A stretch of 63,959 nt of DNA, the filler included, from Octopus bimaculoides (Eukaryota): assembly GCF_001194135.2 (NCBI RefSeq). It is 6 parts of 5 records of this genome, joined end to end, with 100 filler letters (N's around TTAATTAATTAA, not from the genome) between each part and the next. Parts side by side here need not be neighbours in the genome. Positions count along the whole stretch, not along the records: positions 12,089 to 31,638 come from NC_068984.1; positions 31,739 to 47,082 come from NC_068997.1; 4 more parts are not named here. The stretch is one strand, 5' to 3'. Positions within the stretch are counted from its first letter, which is position 1, and each line of letters begins with the position of its first letter. Both the position numbers and the translations under genes were made by a program. This document shows positions 24,005-35,870 of this stretch, in pieces. The notes under the pieces were generated by a model that saw only the letters and a list, made by a program, of their open reading frames with translations, searched no databases and was not told where the DNA came from.

Positions 24005-26287
24005 CTGTTAAGATAGAAAAACAAATTATTGTTTAAAAATACATCAATATTTGTTGTTTACAATCTTCCCTGGCAATGATCTGTTGACAAAGGAAAATGG
24101 AAATATGCCGGATCTAGAGGACCTTTTAGCCTAATCAAGGGCATAAATGCCTTTCTAGTGCTAAAGTCCCCCCAAAAATGCACCTACTGCTCTCTGTAAA
24201 GTGCTTGGCAAATTCAATAAAGACAACTTATGGTCAAGAAGAGATAACCTCTCCAGTGCTGATGCCTTGAAAAATACATCCTGTACACTCTGTAAAGAAG
24301 TTGGTGTTAGGAAGGACATTTAGTTACAGAGGCCATACCAAAACAGATGTCTGAGCAAGACATGGTCCTCGCCCAACCCATTGATGATGTCACTATTGGC
24401 TTTTGGAACTTCACTTGTCACCACCACCTACTTTTGTCATTCCTCTCTCATCTCCACCCCAATAACTCTGTCTCTACCATGCTATTTTTATCCCTTTCAT
24501 CCACCCCATCTCTTGATAACATTACCTAAGCAAAAGTACACATCTTAGGTTACTGAGTACCCTCTATACATATAGAGTACAAAGTACCCACCCTCCTGTG
24601 CTGGTACCATGTTGGAAAACTGTCCAAGCACCATCACCCCTGCAAACTAGAGTGATTGGTAAGCGAGCAGAGGTAAAATAAGGCAGAGATGTTCCTTAGT
24701 CCTGTTTCACTGAAGACTTGGCAACCTCTTTAGTGCTGGTGCCTTGAAAAATACACCCAGCATGCACTATGAAGTGAATGGCAAATGAGCAAAGAAAGCA
24801 TACGGTTGTAAGATTCCTTCAGTCTTGTCTTATTGAGGAATTCTCATCTTCTCTAGTGCTGGTGCCACAAGAAAATGCCCCCAGCATACTTTACATAGTG
24901 ACTGACAAAAAAAGAAGACATCCAGCTATAAAAACTAAGCCAAAATAACACATGTAAGCAGCAGTCTATAAGAGCAGTAGTTCCCAGTAAGAAAGATCTC
25001 ATATCATAATAATCTATTCAACTCATGTTAGCGCATAATAAAATGATGACGATGACAGGAGAGAAAAACAATGCTTAAGTATGACACTACTGGGCACAGT
25101 GGTTTTGTGGAGACAGTGGCAGTGGTGATGTTGTGTAGAAGATAATGATGAGATTATTTTGCAGATGTTTATTCATAATCTTAATCAATGAAAATATTGC
25201 AACACCACAGAAAACAATATATGCAGTGTACAGTCAAAAGACAAATAAGTGCTTCAAGGTTTCAGTTTTATTTACAGATTTACAGAATTTCAGAATTAAC
25301 AGTCACAGGAAAATAATTATTCCAGTACATCATTAGTAAAAAATTAGCTTACATTAGTATTACATTTGTATTTCAAGAGACATTAGGCTTGCGACAATGA
25401 TTAGTTGGTTGAGAACTGTTATGGTCAGTAAACAAAAGAAGAAAGACTCATTCAGGCAAATAAGGTCACGGCAGAGATGATGATGATGATGATGATGATG
25501 TCAATGGCATCAGTCAGAGTAACCAGTCAAGAGGCCACTAGGTTTAGTGCCGGGCCCAAGACCCCAGAAACAAGAGATCCATTTTCATGATACCAGTCTG
25601 CATTTGCACTCTACTTAAAAGTGCATAAAGTGTGGCAGTACAAAGATTAAAGATGATGATGTCATTCAAGAAGATGATGGTGATGTCACTGAAGATGATG
25701 ATGAAGATGATGGTGATGTCATTGACATGATGACAATGATGATGATGATAATACTGGTGATGCAGGGACGATGGTGGTGTGTTGCACATGCAAACAATCA
25801 CACGTTTTCTATTTGCGCCAACAATCATCAAAGCCTGTAAGAAATATATTCAAAAAGAATTCATATTATTGGATAATCCTTTCTTTGATTTAATCTAACA
25901 CTGGTAAATTAGAAATACACTAAATTAATTTATAATTACAGATTTTGATTCTATTGGATAACTCATACTTGGGAAAAAGTGGACTATTCTTTGATTTACA
26001 AGTTTAGAAAGGTCGACATTGCTGTAGATATGGAATAAAAGAGACACTGAATAATCAAAATCACAAAATGTAGGTTGGATACTATATTCTTGAGATAAGG
26101 AGGTGATGGTGGTGGTGGCGGCAGCGGCGGCGGTGGCGGCCTTCCGCAGCGGTGGTGGTGGTGGTGCTTATAACCAGTTTTAATTTGGGCATAAATGTCA
26201 GCAACTCTGAAATGTGGAGGGTCGATACTATCAATCTTAGTACTTTATTGTTCCTTAAATTTATCATTGATTAAGATTATGAATAAA

Positions 26288-26712
26288 CAGGAGTGGCTGT
26301 GTGGTAAGTAGCTTGCTTACCAACCACATGGTTCTGGGTTCATTCCTACTGCATGGCACCTTGGGCAAGTGTCTTCTACTATAGCCTCGGGCCGACCAAA
26401 GCCTTGTGAGTGGATTTGGTAGACGGAAACTGAAAGAAGCCTGTCATATATATATATGTATATGTATATGTGTGTGTTTGTGTGTGTGTGTGTGTTTGTG
26501 TGCCTGTGTTTGTCCCCCCCCAACATCGCTTGACAACCAATGGTGGTATGCTTACGTCTCCGTAACTTAGCGGTTCAGCAAAAGGAGACCGATAGAATAA
26601 GTACTAGGCTTACAAAGAATAAGTCCTGGGGTCGATTTGCTCGACTAAAGGTGGTGCTCCAGCATGGCCGCAGTCAAATGACTGAAACAGGTAAAAGAGT
26701 AAAAAGAGAGTA
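26288..26712 (+). mobile_element. Full-length SINE family A (CpG-eroded), intronic in CFAP20DC-like gene
   Basis: Complete head, microsatellite, 3' core and aaaagagt tail. Confidence 0.9.
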
Positions 26713-27367
26713 AATGGCAAAGTTAACCACGATGATGATGAATGCAAATGCATTTGTCCTTCTACTCTTGGATTAACTTCAAATTGGCAGTAAATGATGG
26801 CAGTTATCTTCAGTTCACGAAGAACTTCTAGCTTCTTCCATGGAACCTATAATTTCCAATTAAATTAACAAATGTCTCGAAATGTACCAGTGAAATGGTC
26901 TCTATTCAGTCACTTGATCTGCTAGAAACAGTAGCCGAATCTGTTTCAAACCACACCCTACTGTCTTAAAATAGGAAGGACACACTGAGTGATGTAGTCT
27001 TAGATATACAAAGCAATAATATGGTCAAATCAGGAATGACTTTGAACACAAGCTTGCTAAACTGGGGTTAACCTGGAGTTAAACAACTGAGATGCCAATG
27101 AAGGTATCTTCCATGTGGTCCTTCAAGTTGCTAGAAATAATAGCCAAATCTCTGCTGCTTGAAATAATAGCTAAATCTCTGCTGTTAGAAATAGTAGTGA
27201 AATCATGTCTCACTATCTTGTCAAAAGCGAAGTACACATTAAATAATGTAATCCTAGATATCCTTTGACCATAAGTTTACTTAATCAGAGTTGACCTAAG
27301 GTCCAACAACAACTATGAATCAAATGTGATAAGATGAATTTAACAAACCCAAAAGGTTAATGTAGAT

Positions 27368-27614
27368 CAGTGGTCCATAAGTTCCTTGGGGGTCTATATA
27401 AGATTTTCATTGCACATAAAATTTATGTGCAATAAACTGGTTATCTTTCTACACTACAAAACATTTAAACATTCTTTTTATACAATTCTTAATAATATTT
27501 AATCATAAAAATATAATAAGGAGTTTTTAGACATTGAATAACTATGAGGGTATCCCTCCCGGGTAAAATAGGAACAAAAGGGGTCCATAGGCGAAATATG
27601 GTTGAAGTACCCTG
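27368..27614. mobile_element. hAT (Charlie-like) MITE with 8-bp TSD ATGTAGAT
   Basis: CAG...CTG ends; ATGTAGAT at 27360-27367 and 27615-27622; related pieces at ~57650-57710 and ~59480-59570. Confidence 0.7.
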
Positions 27615-27680
27615 ATGTAGATGAACAAGAAGAAAATGGTGATGAAGATTTATCTGATAAGAAGACAAAAAGCAACTTAC

Positions 27681-27787
27681 TGTGAAGTGTTTTCTCATCC
27701 ATTCTGGCACTTAAGGTAACATCAAACTGTTCCTTTTGCTGTAATTCGCTTGGAAGGACAATGGGTGGACTAAACACATTCCAGTCT
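27681..27787 (-). CDS. CFAP20DC: CFAP20DC/C3orf67-like gene, penultimate exon: (R)DWNVFSPPIVLPSELQQKEQFDVTLSARMDEKTLH
   Basis: Acceptor ctttgttattgtgtag|, 107 nt (phase 2 to phase 1), donor CACA|gtaagt. RDWxxxSPPIVxPS matches the recalled C3orf67 C-terminal motif RDWLNMLSPPIVPPS. Confidence 0.8.
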
Positions 27788-27904
27788 CTACACAATAACA
27801 AAGAATATTTTTTTTAAAAAATGAAGAAGTAAATGACAACAACAACTAAATACTAGAAAGCAAAACAAATTTGGATTAATCAATTAATTTATTCAAGCTG
27901 GTGC

Positions 27905-28262
27905 ATGTATGGCTGTGTAAGAAGCTTGCTTCCCAGCCTCGTGATTCTGAGTTCAGTTCCACTATGTGGCACCTTAGCCAAGCGTCTTCTACTATAGCCA
28001 TGGGCTGACCAAAGCCTTGTTGGTGGATTTGGTAGGTAGAAACAGAAAGAAGACCGTTGTGTGTATGTATATATATGTATGTATCTGTGTGTGTGTGTGT
28101 GTCTTTGTTTCTCCCTGATCGCTGCTTGACAACTGGTGTTGGTGTGTTTACATCCCTGTAACTTAGGCAGTCCCAGCAAAATGGATCCATAGAAGAAGTA
28201 CGAAGCTTAAAAAAAAAAATTAAGTACTGGAGTTGATTCCTTTGACTAAAAATTCTTCAGGG
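27905..28262 (+). mobile_element. Diverged SINE family A
   Basis: Head and 3' core recognisable. Confidence 0.8.
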
Positions 28263-28410
28263 TGATGATAATACAAAGAACTTTTGTCAAGGTGACTCAA
28301 ACTAATAGATATGTGCACTGAGTACTCAAATAGGTATGCCACTCAAATTTTTCTATATTAACTACTCTCTCTCTATGTATATATATATATATATATATAT
28401 AAACATTCAA

Positions 28411-28696
28411 GCGAGGTTGTTGCCAGTGCCACTGGACTGGCTCCTGTGCAGGTGACACATAAAATACACCATTTTGAGCGTGGCCATTGCCAGTACCGCC
28501 TGACTGGCCCTTGTGCTGGTGGCATATAAAAGCACCCACAACACTCTCGGAGTGGTTGGTGTTAGGAAGGGTATCCAGTTGTAGAAACTCTGCCAGATCA
28601 GACTGGAGCCTGGTGCAGCCATCTGGTTCGCCAGTTCTCAGTCAAATTGTCCAACCCATGCTAGCACTGAAAGCGGATGTTAAACGATGATGATGA

Positions 28697-28700
<4 letters not shown>
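28411..28700 (+). mobile_element. SINE family D (RTE-like 3' end, (GAT)n tail)
   Basis: gagtggttggtgttaggaaggg.atccag...ccaacccatgctagca...taaacgatgatgatgat. Decayed relatives at ~24150-24400, 24700-24950, 31040-31250. Confidence 0.8.
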
Positions 28701-28727
<27 letters not shown>

Positions 28728-28730
<3 letters not shown>

Positions 28731-29160
28731 TCATCATTTAACGTCCATTCTCCATGCTGGCATGGGTTGGACAGTTTGACTGAGGTCTGGAGGGCCAGCG
28801 GGTGCACCAGGCTCCAATCTGCTCTGGCAATGTTTCTACAGCTGGATGCCCTTCCCAACACCAACCACTCTGAGAGTGTAGTGGGTGCTTTTTACATGCC
28901 ACCAGCACAGGAGCCAGTCAAGCGGGTCTGGCATCAATCATGTTTGGATAGTGCCTTTTACGTTCCACTGGCATGGGAGCCAGTCAGGGAGCACTGGCAT
29001 TGGCCACATTCGGATGGTGCTTTTCATGTGCCACTGGCACAGGAGCCAGTCAGGGGGCACTGTCACCGACCATGTTCAGATGATGCATTTTACATGCCAC
29101 TGGAACGGGAGCCAGTCAGGGAACACTGGCCACAGCTACGATTTTGGTTTTACTTAACTC
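28728..29160 (-). mobile_element. SINE family D, inverted relative to 28411-28700, with four ~66-bp tandem units at 28885-29135
   Basis: tcatcatcatttaacgtcc...catgctggcatgggttggac start; repeated gtgcttttacatgccactggca.gggagccagtcagg units. Confidence 0.8.
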
Positions 29161-29674
29161 AACAGGTCTTCTCAAGCATATCATATCGCCTGTACTTTTA
29201 AATGGGCTGGACATCCAACACTGGCATCGGCCATGGCTGAGATACATGAGTTAAGGAATGGAATAGAAAATAGCATGGCTACATATGTTTCATAGTAAGC
29301 GGACCTCGAAAGTGGTGAATATACATGCAAGGTATATGTCAATACATGGAAAATTCACAACCTTCCACCTTCCTGAAAGTTGTTTTTTTATATTTTCTAC
29401 AGTTTGCTTGAAGCTAACCTTTTTCCTACACCTTGATCCTTGGATCTTACATATACATACATATATATGACTGTCTTCTTTCAGTTTCTGTCAAACAAAT
29501 CCATTCACAATGCTTTGATTGGCCTGAGGCTATAGTAGAAGACATTTGCCCAAGACGCCACACAGTGGGACTGCGCCTGGAACCATGTGGTTGGGAAGCA
29601 AGCTTCTTCCCAAATGGCCACACTTTATACTAAAAACTTAGATTAAAAAGGTTATTAGATAGAATTAATATTAC

Positions 29675-29763
29675 CTGGGATTTGAAGAACTCAAGGTATC
29701 AGTGCTGCGTCTGGAAGGGTACTTCATTTCTTCTTTATAGTTGTGGCCACCTATTACAGGAAG
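29675..29763 (-). CDS. CFAP20DC: CFAP20DC/C3orf67-like gene, antepenultimate exon: LPVIGGHNYKEEMKYPSRRSTDTLSSSNP(R)
   Basis: Acceptor gtcattatttaacag| (29764-29765), 89 nt, donor CCCAG|gtaata; phase-2 end joins the next exon to give SSSNP-R-DW. An alternative acceptor (taatag|GTGGCC) 13 nt inside is also possible. Confidence 0.7.
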
Positions 29764-29954
29764 CTGTTAAATAATGACACAAATAATGTAAAAAAGATCT
29801 GACATACTAAAGAGAGAGGACATTAAAAGTGTTTGCGTGTGTGTGTGTGTGTGGTGTGCATGAGAGAGAGAGAAAGAGAGAGATTCAAATGAGTGCTACT
29901 GGCCTGTGCACATATACACATACGAATTTTGCACATATTGCAGACATACACATA

Positions 29955-30097
29955 CGTTAGGGAGTTGAAAAGTTCCTGGTTTTAAGGGTGTCACGAAAGA
30001 CCTGGCTGGAGGCCCAACCTTCTGAGTTCTTTTACAGGGCTTAGAAAAACTGAAGGACCGCTGCGAGTGTGAATCTGAGAGGGGAATATGTCGGATA
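29955..30097 (+). mobile_element. Short mariner-derived non-autonomous fragment
   Basis: Ends in GLEKLKDRC..V.L.GEYV-like sequence (ctgagaggggaatatgt) typical of mariner C-termini. Confidence 0.45.
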
Positions 30098-30379
30098 ACC
30101 TTAACTCTAACCCTAACTCTAAGCCTAACCCTAATTACGTTAAGGGTACACGTGTCTGTGGAGTGCTCAGCCACTTGCACGTTATATTTCACGAGTAGGC
30201 TGTTCCGTTGATCGGATCAACTGGAACCCTCGTCGTCATAACCGACGGAGTGCCGACCAACTAATATGACAAACAAGAGCACTCAACAAGTAGCCAGTGA
30301 TGATCTTTAAAATGAGAATATCTGAAATAAACTCGACTGCTCTCACAAATGAGAATACTAAAAATGAACCCAACTGCTC

Positions 30380-30600
30380 TCAAAAATTAAGTAAAAAACA
30401 GGGAAAATAATCCAGAATCCTTGTCTGTTATCAGATCGGTCCCAAAATCTAATCAGTTCGTGCCAGTCATGAGGCCAAACATCTCTGAAAGTTTCATCCA
30501 AATCTATCCAGCAGTTCTTGAGAAATCTTGTCCACAGACAAACAAACAAACACAACTGGCAACAATGCCTTCGCTGTTGCTAAGGCAGTGGTAATAATCA
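30380..30600 (+). mobile_element. Helentron-associated (HINE/DINE-like) non-autonomous element
   Basis: aagtttcatccaaatctatccagcagttcttgagaaatc...acagacaaacaaacaaac...short hairpin-ggtaat, a layout typical of HINEs (recall). Confidence 0.45.
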
Positions 30601-30955
30601 GGACTTGGCTGAAAATCAGGACTTGGGTCAACACAATTGATTTGAAACTCTTAAATGTGTTACTCTAGCATGGCCACAATCAGTAAAGAAAATCAGTTAA
30701 TAAGAAAAGAATTACAGAACACCAAACGCAACTGGTTTTCTCTTTTGTTGTGGTGCCAGATAATAAAGGACTGCTACAAATGGGGAGACGTTGTTAGATC
30801 TACCCAACACATGTCAGTAGGCTGTATGATTAAGAAGTTTGCTTCCCATTCACATGGTTACAGGTTCAGTCCCATTGCATGGTACCTCGGGTAAATGTCT
30901 AGGGCCAACCAAAGTTTTGTGATTCGATTTGGTAATTGGAAACTGAAAGGAATCC

Positions 30956-30998
<43 letters not shown>

Positions 30999-31275
30999 AC
31001 GTGTGTTTATGTGTGTGCAACATCATGTGATAGCTGTAAATGAGTATCACTGTCATACAAGCAATGTCATTCATTTCCAAAATTCTGCGAAAATATGTCC
31101 AGCCATGAGGAAATATTACTTTGCTTGGAAACAGGTGAAGGTTGGCAACAAGGGCATCCAGACATAGAAAATCTGCCTCAGTAAACTCTGTCCGATCCAT
31201 GCAAGACATTAAAACATTGATGATGCTGATGATGATGATGATGACGATTGTTGTTAATTATCTGGCAGTGTTGGC

Positions 31276-31638
31276 TACAGCCTAGTCACCCATATTACGA
31301 ACCAGGTGATACACGAAGGAGTCATACCCAATGACTGGTGTAGCAGCACCATAGTCAACTGCTACAAAGGTAAAGGTGACGCTTTAGATACAAATAATTA
31401 CAGAGGCATCAAGCTGTTAGATCAGGTTATGAAAGTTACGGAGAGGGTCATAGCCCAACTAATTAGGGAGCGAATCAATTTAGATGAGATGCAGTTTGGG
31501 TTCGTGCCAGGTAAAAGCACCACTGATGCCATATTTCTAGTGAGACAGCTGCAGGAGAAATACCTAGCCAAGGATAAACCTCTGTACCTGGCTTTTGTTG
31601 ACATGGAGAAAACCTTTGACAGGGTCCCCCGATCCCTT
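31276..31638 (+). mobile_element. RTE-clade LINE RT fragment, same family as 20415-22560, less decayed, cut by the assembly join
   Basis: Open frame PNDWCSSTIVNCYKGKGDALDTNNYRGIKLL...QFGFVPGKSTTDAIF...AFVDMEKTFDRVP. Confidence 0.92.
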
Positions 31639-31738
31639 NNNNNNNNNNNNNNNNNNNNNNNNNNNNNNNNNNNNNNNNNNNNTTAATTAATTAANNNNNN
31701 NNNNNNNNNNNNNNNNNNNNNNNNNNNNNNNNNNNNNN
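31639..31738. other. Assembly join: N44-TTAATTAATTAA-N44
   Basis: Same 100-bp linker. Confidence 0.95.
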
Positions 31739-31758
31739 TATATATATATATATATGTC

Positions 31759-31792
<34 letters not shown>

Positions 31793-32246
31793 TATACGTA
31801 AGATATATGTGTATATATCTTATAATTTTCTGTATTGGTACATATGTAGCGTCCGTCTAAATTATATCTGTATTTAACAATGATTGTTAAATCTTTGTAT
31901 TTATCTATCTATCTACTTATCTCTCTCTATCTATCTTAACGATTTTCTTTCTGCATACATACATACATATATACACACACAGAGATACATAACTACATAC
32001 ATACATAAATGCATGCATATACATACATATCAGTCTCACTTTCTCCCTCTCTCTCTCTCTCTCTTGCTCTCTCTCTATATATATATATATCTATATACAC
32101 ACACATGTGTATATGTATACTCACACGTGCACACATATTTATATACATACACACACACTCACACACATACATGTATGTATATGTATGTACAGAGAGATTT
32201 GCAGAGAACAACAACACATATACATGTACATACATATGCCGTTTTG

Positions 32247-32300
<54 letters not shown>

Positions 32301-32525
32301 TATATATATATATACACAAACACACACATACATATATATATATACACATGCGTATATACTTGTGCATATTATATATATTTGTCTATGTATATTCATATTT
32401 ATATACACACACATACTTACGCACATATATATATGTAATACATTGATATATTCTCACATTCATACATAGTTGTATATACATATATAAAAACATATATATA
32501 TTCATCCATATACATATACATATAT
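31739..32525. repeat. Compound TA/CA/CT low-complexity tract
   Basis: Direct reading; source of many spurious YIYI/HTHT ORFs. Confidence 0.9.
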
Positions 32526-33388
32526 ATCGTTGTTTTTCTCTGTATTTGTAATTTATAGAACGTCTCAGAAATCTTTGCGTGAGGGACATAGGAGATGTGT
32601 AACAGCTATTTACAGGCATTCCATACACTTGCAATGCTGTAATTAAAGCGTAGTGTAAAAGAGCGGTTATTATCTCCACTGTTCGAAATGGACACGCAAT
32701 ATAAAGGCAATTGTTCTGATGGCATTAGAATTATAAAAGAAAAACACTTCCCAGCGGAGCAATGTCTTAATTAAGAAAAATAGCAAAAAGACGATAGTTG
32801 GTATGAAGTTGTTTGAAAGACATAAATAGTTCAAACTATTATAATGCCAAACAAAAGAAAAAAATATCCATCGGTGTAATCACGATAGATTAGATTCTTA
32901 GCTACGAGGAAGTAAGATAAGAAAGAAGAGAAAGAGAAAGAAAAACAAGGAAGGGATGTGGAAGTAGAAGAAGTAGAAAGTTGTGTATTCATTCCAATTA
33001 ATATTAGACTAACACATCCATCTTGATTGTCTCTCTTAGTAGTCAAGCAACTATCAAATTGGGCTGAGGCGAAGGCGAAGGAAAATGAGAATGCCATGGA
33101 TAGCGCCTTGATAAATTCTATTATTGTTATTATCTGTGGTGTGGTACATGATGTTAAACTGTCGTTTCATATAGTAGCTATCGTTATTTTTATTTCATGA
33201 TAGATCTATATATATTTCATTGACATCTCTGCTATTTGGCTAACAGATATTGTACCTCATAATAATATCACCATGCGAGATTTCATGCTGTTTCGAAACC
33301 CCTTAGGTTCTTCTATCTCTCAAATCAATTGACATTGTTCCCTACTCTGTGTTTTATACTACACAATAGCGAGTTTGTTTCGATATTG

Positions 33389-33421
33389 AATAATAATAAT
33401 AATAACAACAACAACAACAAC

Positions 33422-33476
<55 letters not shown>
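33389..33476. repeat. (AAT)n/(AAC)n microsatellite
   Basis: Direct reading. Confidence 0.95.
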
Positions 33477-33478
<2 letters not shown>

Positions 33479-33934
33479 AGGTTGCTAAGAAAGTTCTTGC
33501 GGAATTTTTAATTTTGGTTTAAATGATGTGTTTTCAAATTAATTTTCGTTAAATTACTTTGACTTTATATATTGTTTTAAAGACCGTTTTTCGCTCTATC
33601 TAATCGTGTTACTCTTTTTTTTCTTTTTGAATAATTAGTCTATTTTTTCCGGAACGTTGAATACAACATGAAAAAGCAAGCTGAAACAGCTCGCGATATC
33701 AACGATGCGTTTGGCCCAGGAACCACTAATGAACGCACAGCACAATGATGGTTCAAGAAATTTCGTAGCAGTGACGAGAGTCTTGAAGATGATAAGCATA
33801 GTGGTCGGCCATCGGATGTAGACAACGATCAAGTAAGAGCCTTAGTCGAAGGCAGTCCACGCACAACTGTTCGAGAGCTTGCTTCTGAATTAGACGTAAC
33901 GTATACAATTTCTAACCACTTGAAAGAGATTGGA
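33475..33934 (+). mobile_element. Mariner (Hsmar1/cecropia-like) 5' half: left ITR and HTH region of a dead transposase
   Basis: TA-CTAGGTTGCTAAGAAAGTTCTTGCGG ITR-like end; AETARDINDAFGPGTTNERTAQ*WFKKFRS.DESLEDDKHSGRPSDVDND...PRTTVRELA. Confidence 0.85.
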
Positions 33935-34308
33935 CTTTGCTTTTTATCCTTCCGTTATCAATAAAATAAGTACCAGTTGAACAAGGTGGTCGATGTAATT
34001 GATTTACTTCCCCATGCCCGAAATTGCTGGCTTTGTGACAAAATTTGAGACCATTGTTATTTGGTAGCATAAAGCTAGTGGTAACGGGGCTAGTATTACT
34101 GGTGGAACTTTCATAAAAAAGATATGGGGAGACGAAATTAGTTTACAAACAATAGAACAAAAGAAGTGAAACGAAATACAGACAGCCTATCGACAACAAA
34201 CAAGCATTCACACCTAATAAGACATTGGACTACGTTTGATATATCCCAGTCTGAAATATCCTGGAACGGACCACTTCTCTTGTTTCTTTCATGCATATAA
34301 CTTGTCTT

Positions 34309-34309
<1 letters not shown>

Positions 34310-34399
<90 letters not shown>

Positions 34400-34464
34400 N
34401 NNNNNNNNNNNNNNNNNNNNNNNNNNCACACACACACGCACGCGCACGCACACACACACACACG

Positions 34465-34519
<55 letters not shown>

Positions 34520-34570
34520 ATATACCTTCATGCATACACACTCATATATATATATATATATATATATATA
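34310..34570. repeat. (TG)n-gap-(CA)n-(TA)n-(TG)n microsatellite cluster
   Basis: Direct reading. Confidence 0.95.
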
Positions 34571-34899
34571 GTCAGGCAGACAGGTAGATAGACAGATAGA
34601 TATAGATTGTACGTATACATTTGTTCATACAAAAATACATACATTCCCAAAATACATATATTTTAGAAATCTAGGTTGAAAATTCAAGATACCAGATGCC
34701 AAGAAATTACCAATTCCTGCCACGACTAAGCACATAGTAGATAGATCAAGAAAAGACTTGGGAAATAAATTCGAGACTGGAGTATTCTTTAGTTATTCCT
34801 GCTTTCACTGGGTTGAAAGATAAAAGTCTATACACCAGACACATGTAGTGGAGCAAAAATTAAAACAAAAGAAAGGTCCCCAAACTCCCACTATGTCTA

Positions 34900-34976
34900 C
34901 GACTTATTTATGTCTCTCTTACACACGCACATATACGCACACATGCAAACACGCATGCGCACTTATACGCACATGC

Positions 34977-35015
<39 letters not shown>

Positions 35016-35120
35016 CATACACTCACAAACTCACTCAAACACACATATATACATCAACATCTATATATCTATCTATACATAAGTATATACATACGAATAT
35101 ATATATATATATATATATAT

Positions 35121-35171
<51 letters not shown>

Positions 35172-35249
35172 TATACACATATATATATGTACACATGTAT
35201 ATATATGTGCAAATGTATATATGTACACATGTTTATATATGTAAGCAAA

Positions 35250-35280
<31 letters not shown>

Positions 35281-35813
35281 GTACATTTATATANNNNNNN
35301 NNNNNNNNNNNNNNNNNNNNNNNNNNNNNNNNNNNNNNNNNNNNNNNNNNNNNNNNNNNNNNNNNNNNNNNNNNNNNNNNNNNNNNNNNNNNNNNNNNNN
35401 NNNNNNNNNNNNNNNNNNNNNNNNNNNNNNNNNNNNNNNNNNNNNNNNNNNNNNNNNNNNNNNNNNNNNNNNNNNNNNNNNNNNNNNNNNNNNNNNNNNN
35501 NNNNNNNNNNNNNNNNNNNNNNNNNNNNNNNNNNNNNNNNNNNNNNNNNNNNNNNNNNNNNNNNNNNNNNNNNNNNNNNNNNNNNNNNNNNNNNNNNNNN
35601 NNNNNNNNNNNNNNNNNNNNNNNNNNNNNNNNNNNNNNNNNNNNNNNNNNNNNNNNNNNNNNNNNNNNNNNNNNNNNNNNNNNNNNNNNNNNNNNNNNNN
35701 NNNNNNNNNNNNNNNNNNNNNNNNNNNNNNNNNNNNNNNNNNNNNNNNNNNNNNNNNNNNNNNNNNNNNNNNNNNNNNNNNNNNNNNNNNNNNNNNNNNN
35801 NNNNNNNNNNNNN

Positions 35814-35848
<35 letters not shown>

Positions 35849-35870
35849 CATATACATATGTACACACATA
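34900..35870. repeat. TA/CA/GATA microsatellite cluster around a ~520-N gap
   Basis: Direct reading. Confidence 0.9.

Noticed and set aside
28885-29135. Regularly spaced repeats superficially like a CRISPR array
   Set aside because: Whole units are homologous (no unique spacers), eukaryotic SINE context, no cas genes.
28677-29201. 174-aa ORF
   Set aside because: Arises from SINE D tandem units; equivalent ORFs appear on both strands.
33038-33200. Plus-strand frame VKQLSNWAEAKAKENENAMDSAL...
   Set aside because: No recognisable homology, no donor, not VPS13-like.
34195-34290. FQDISDWDISNV resembling a BspA/DUF285 repeat
   Set aside because: Single unit, embedded between microsatellites, weak splice context.
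34321-34490. (TG)n facing (CA)n as a hairpin
   Set aside because: Separated by an N gap; may be an orientation artefact of repeat-ended contigs.
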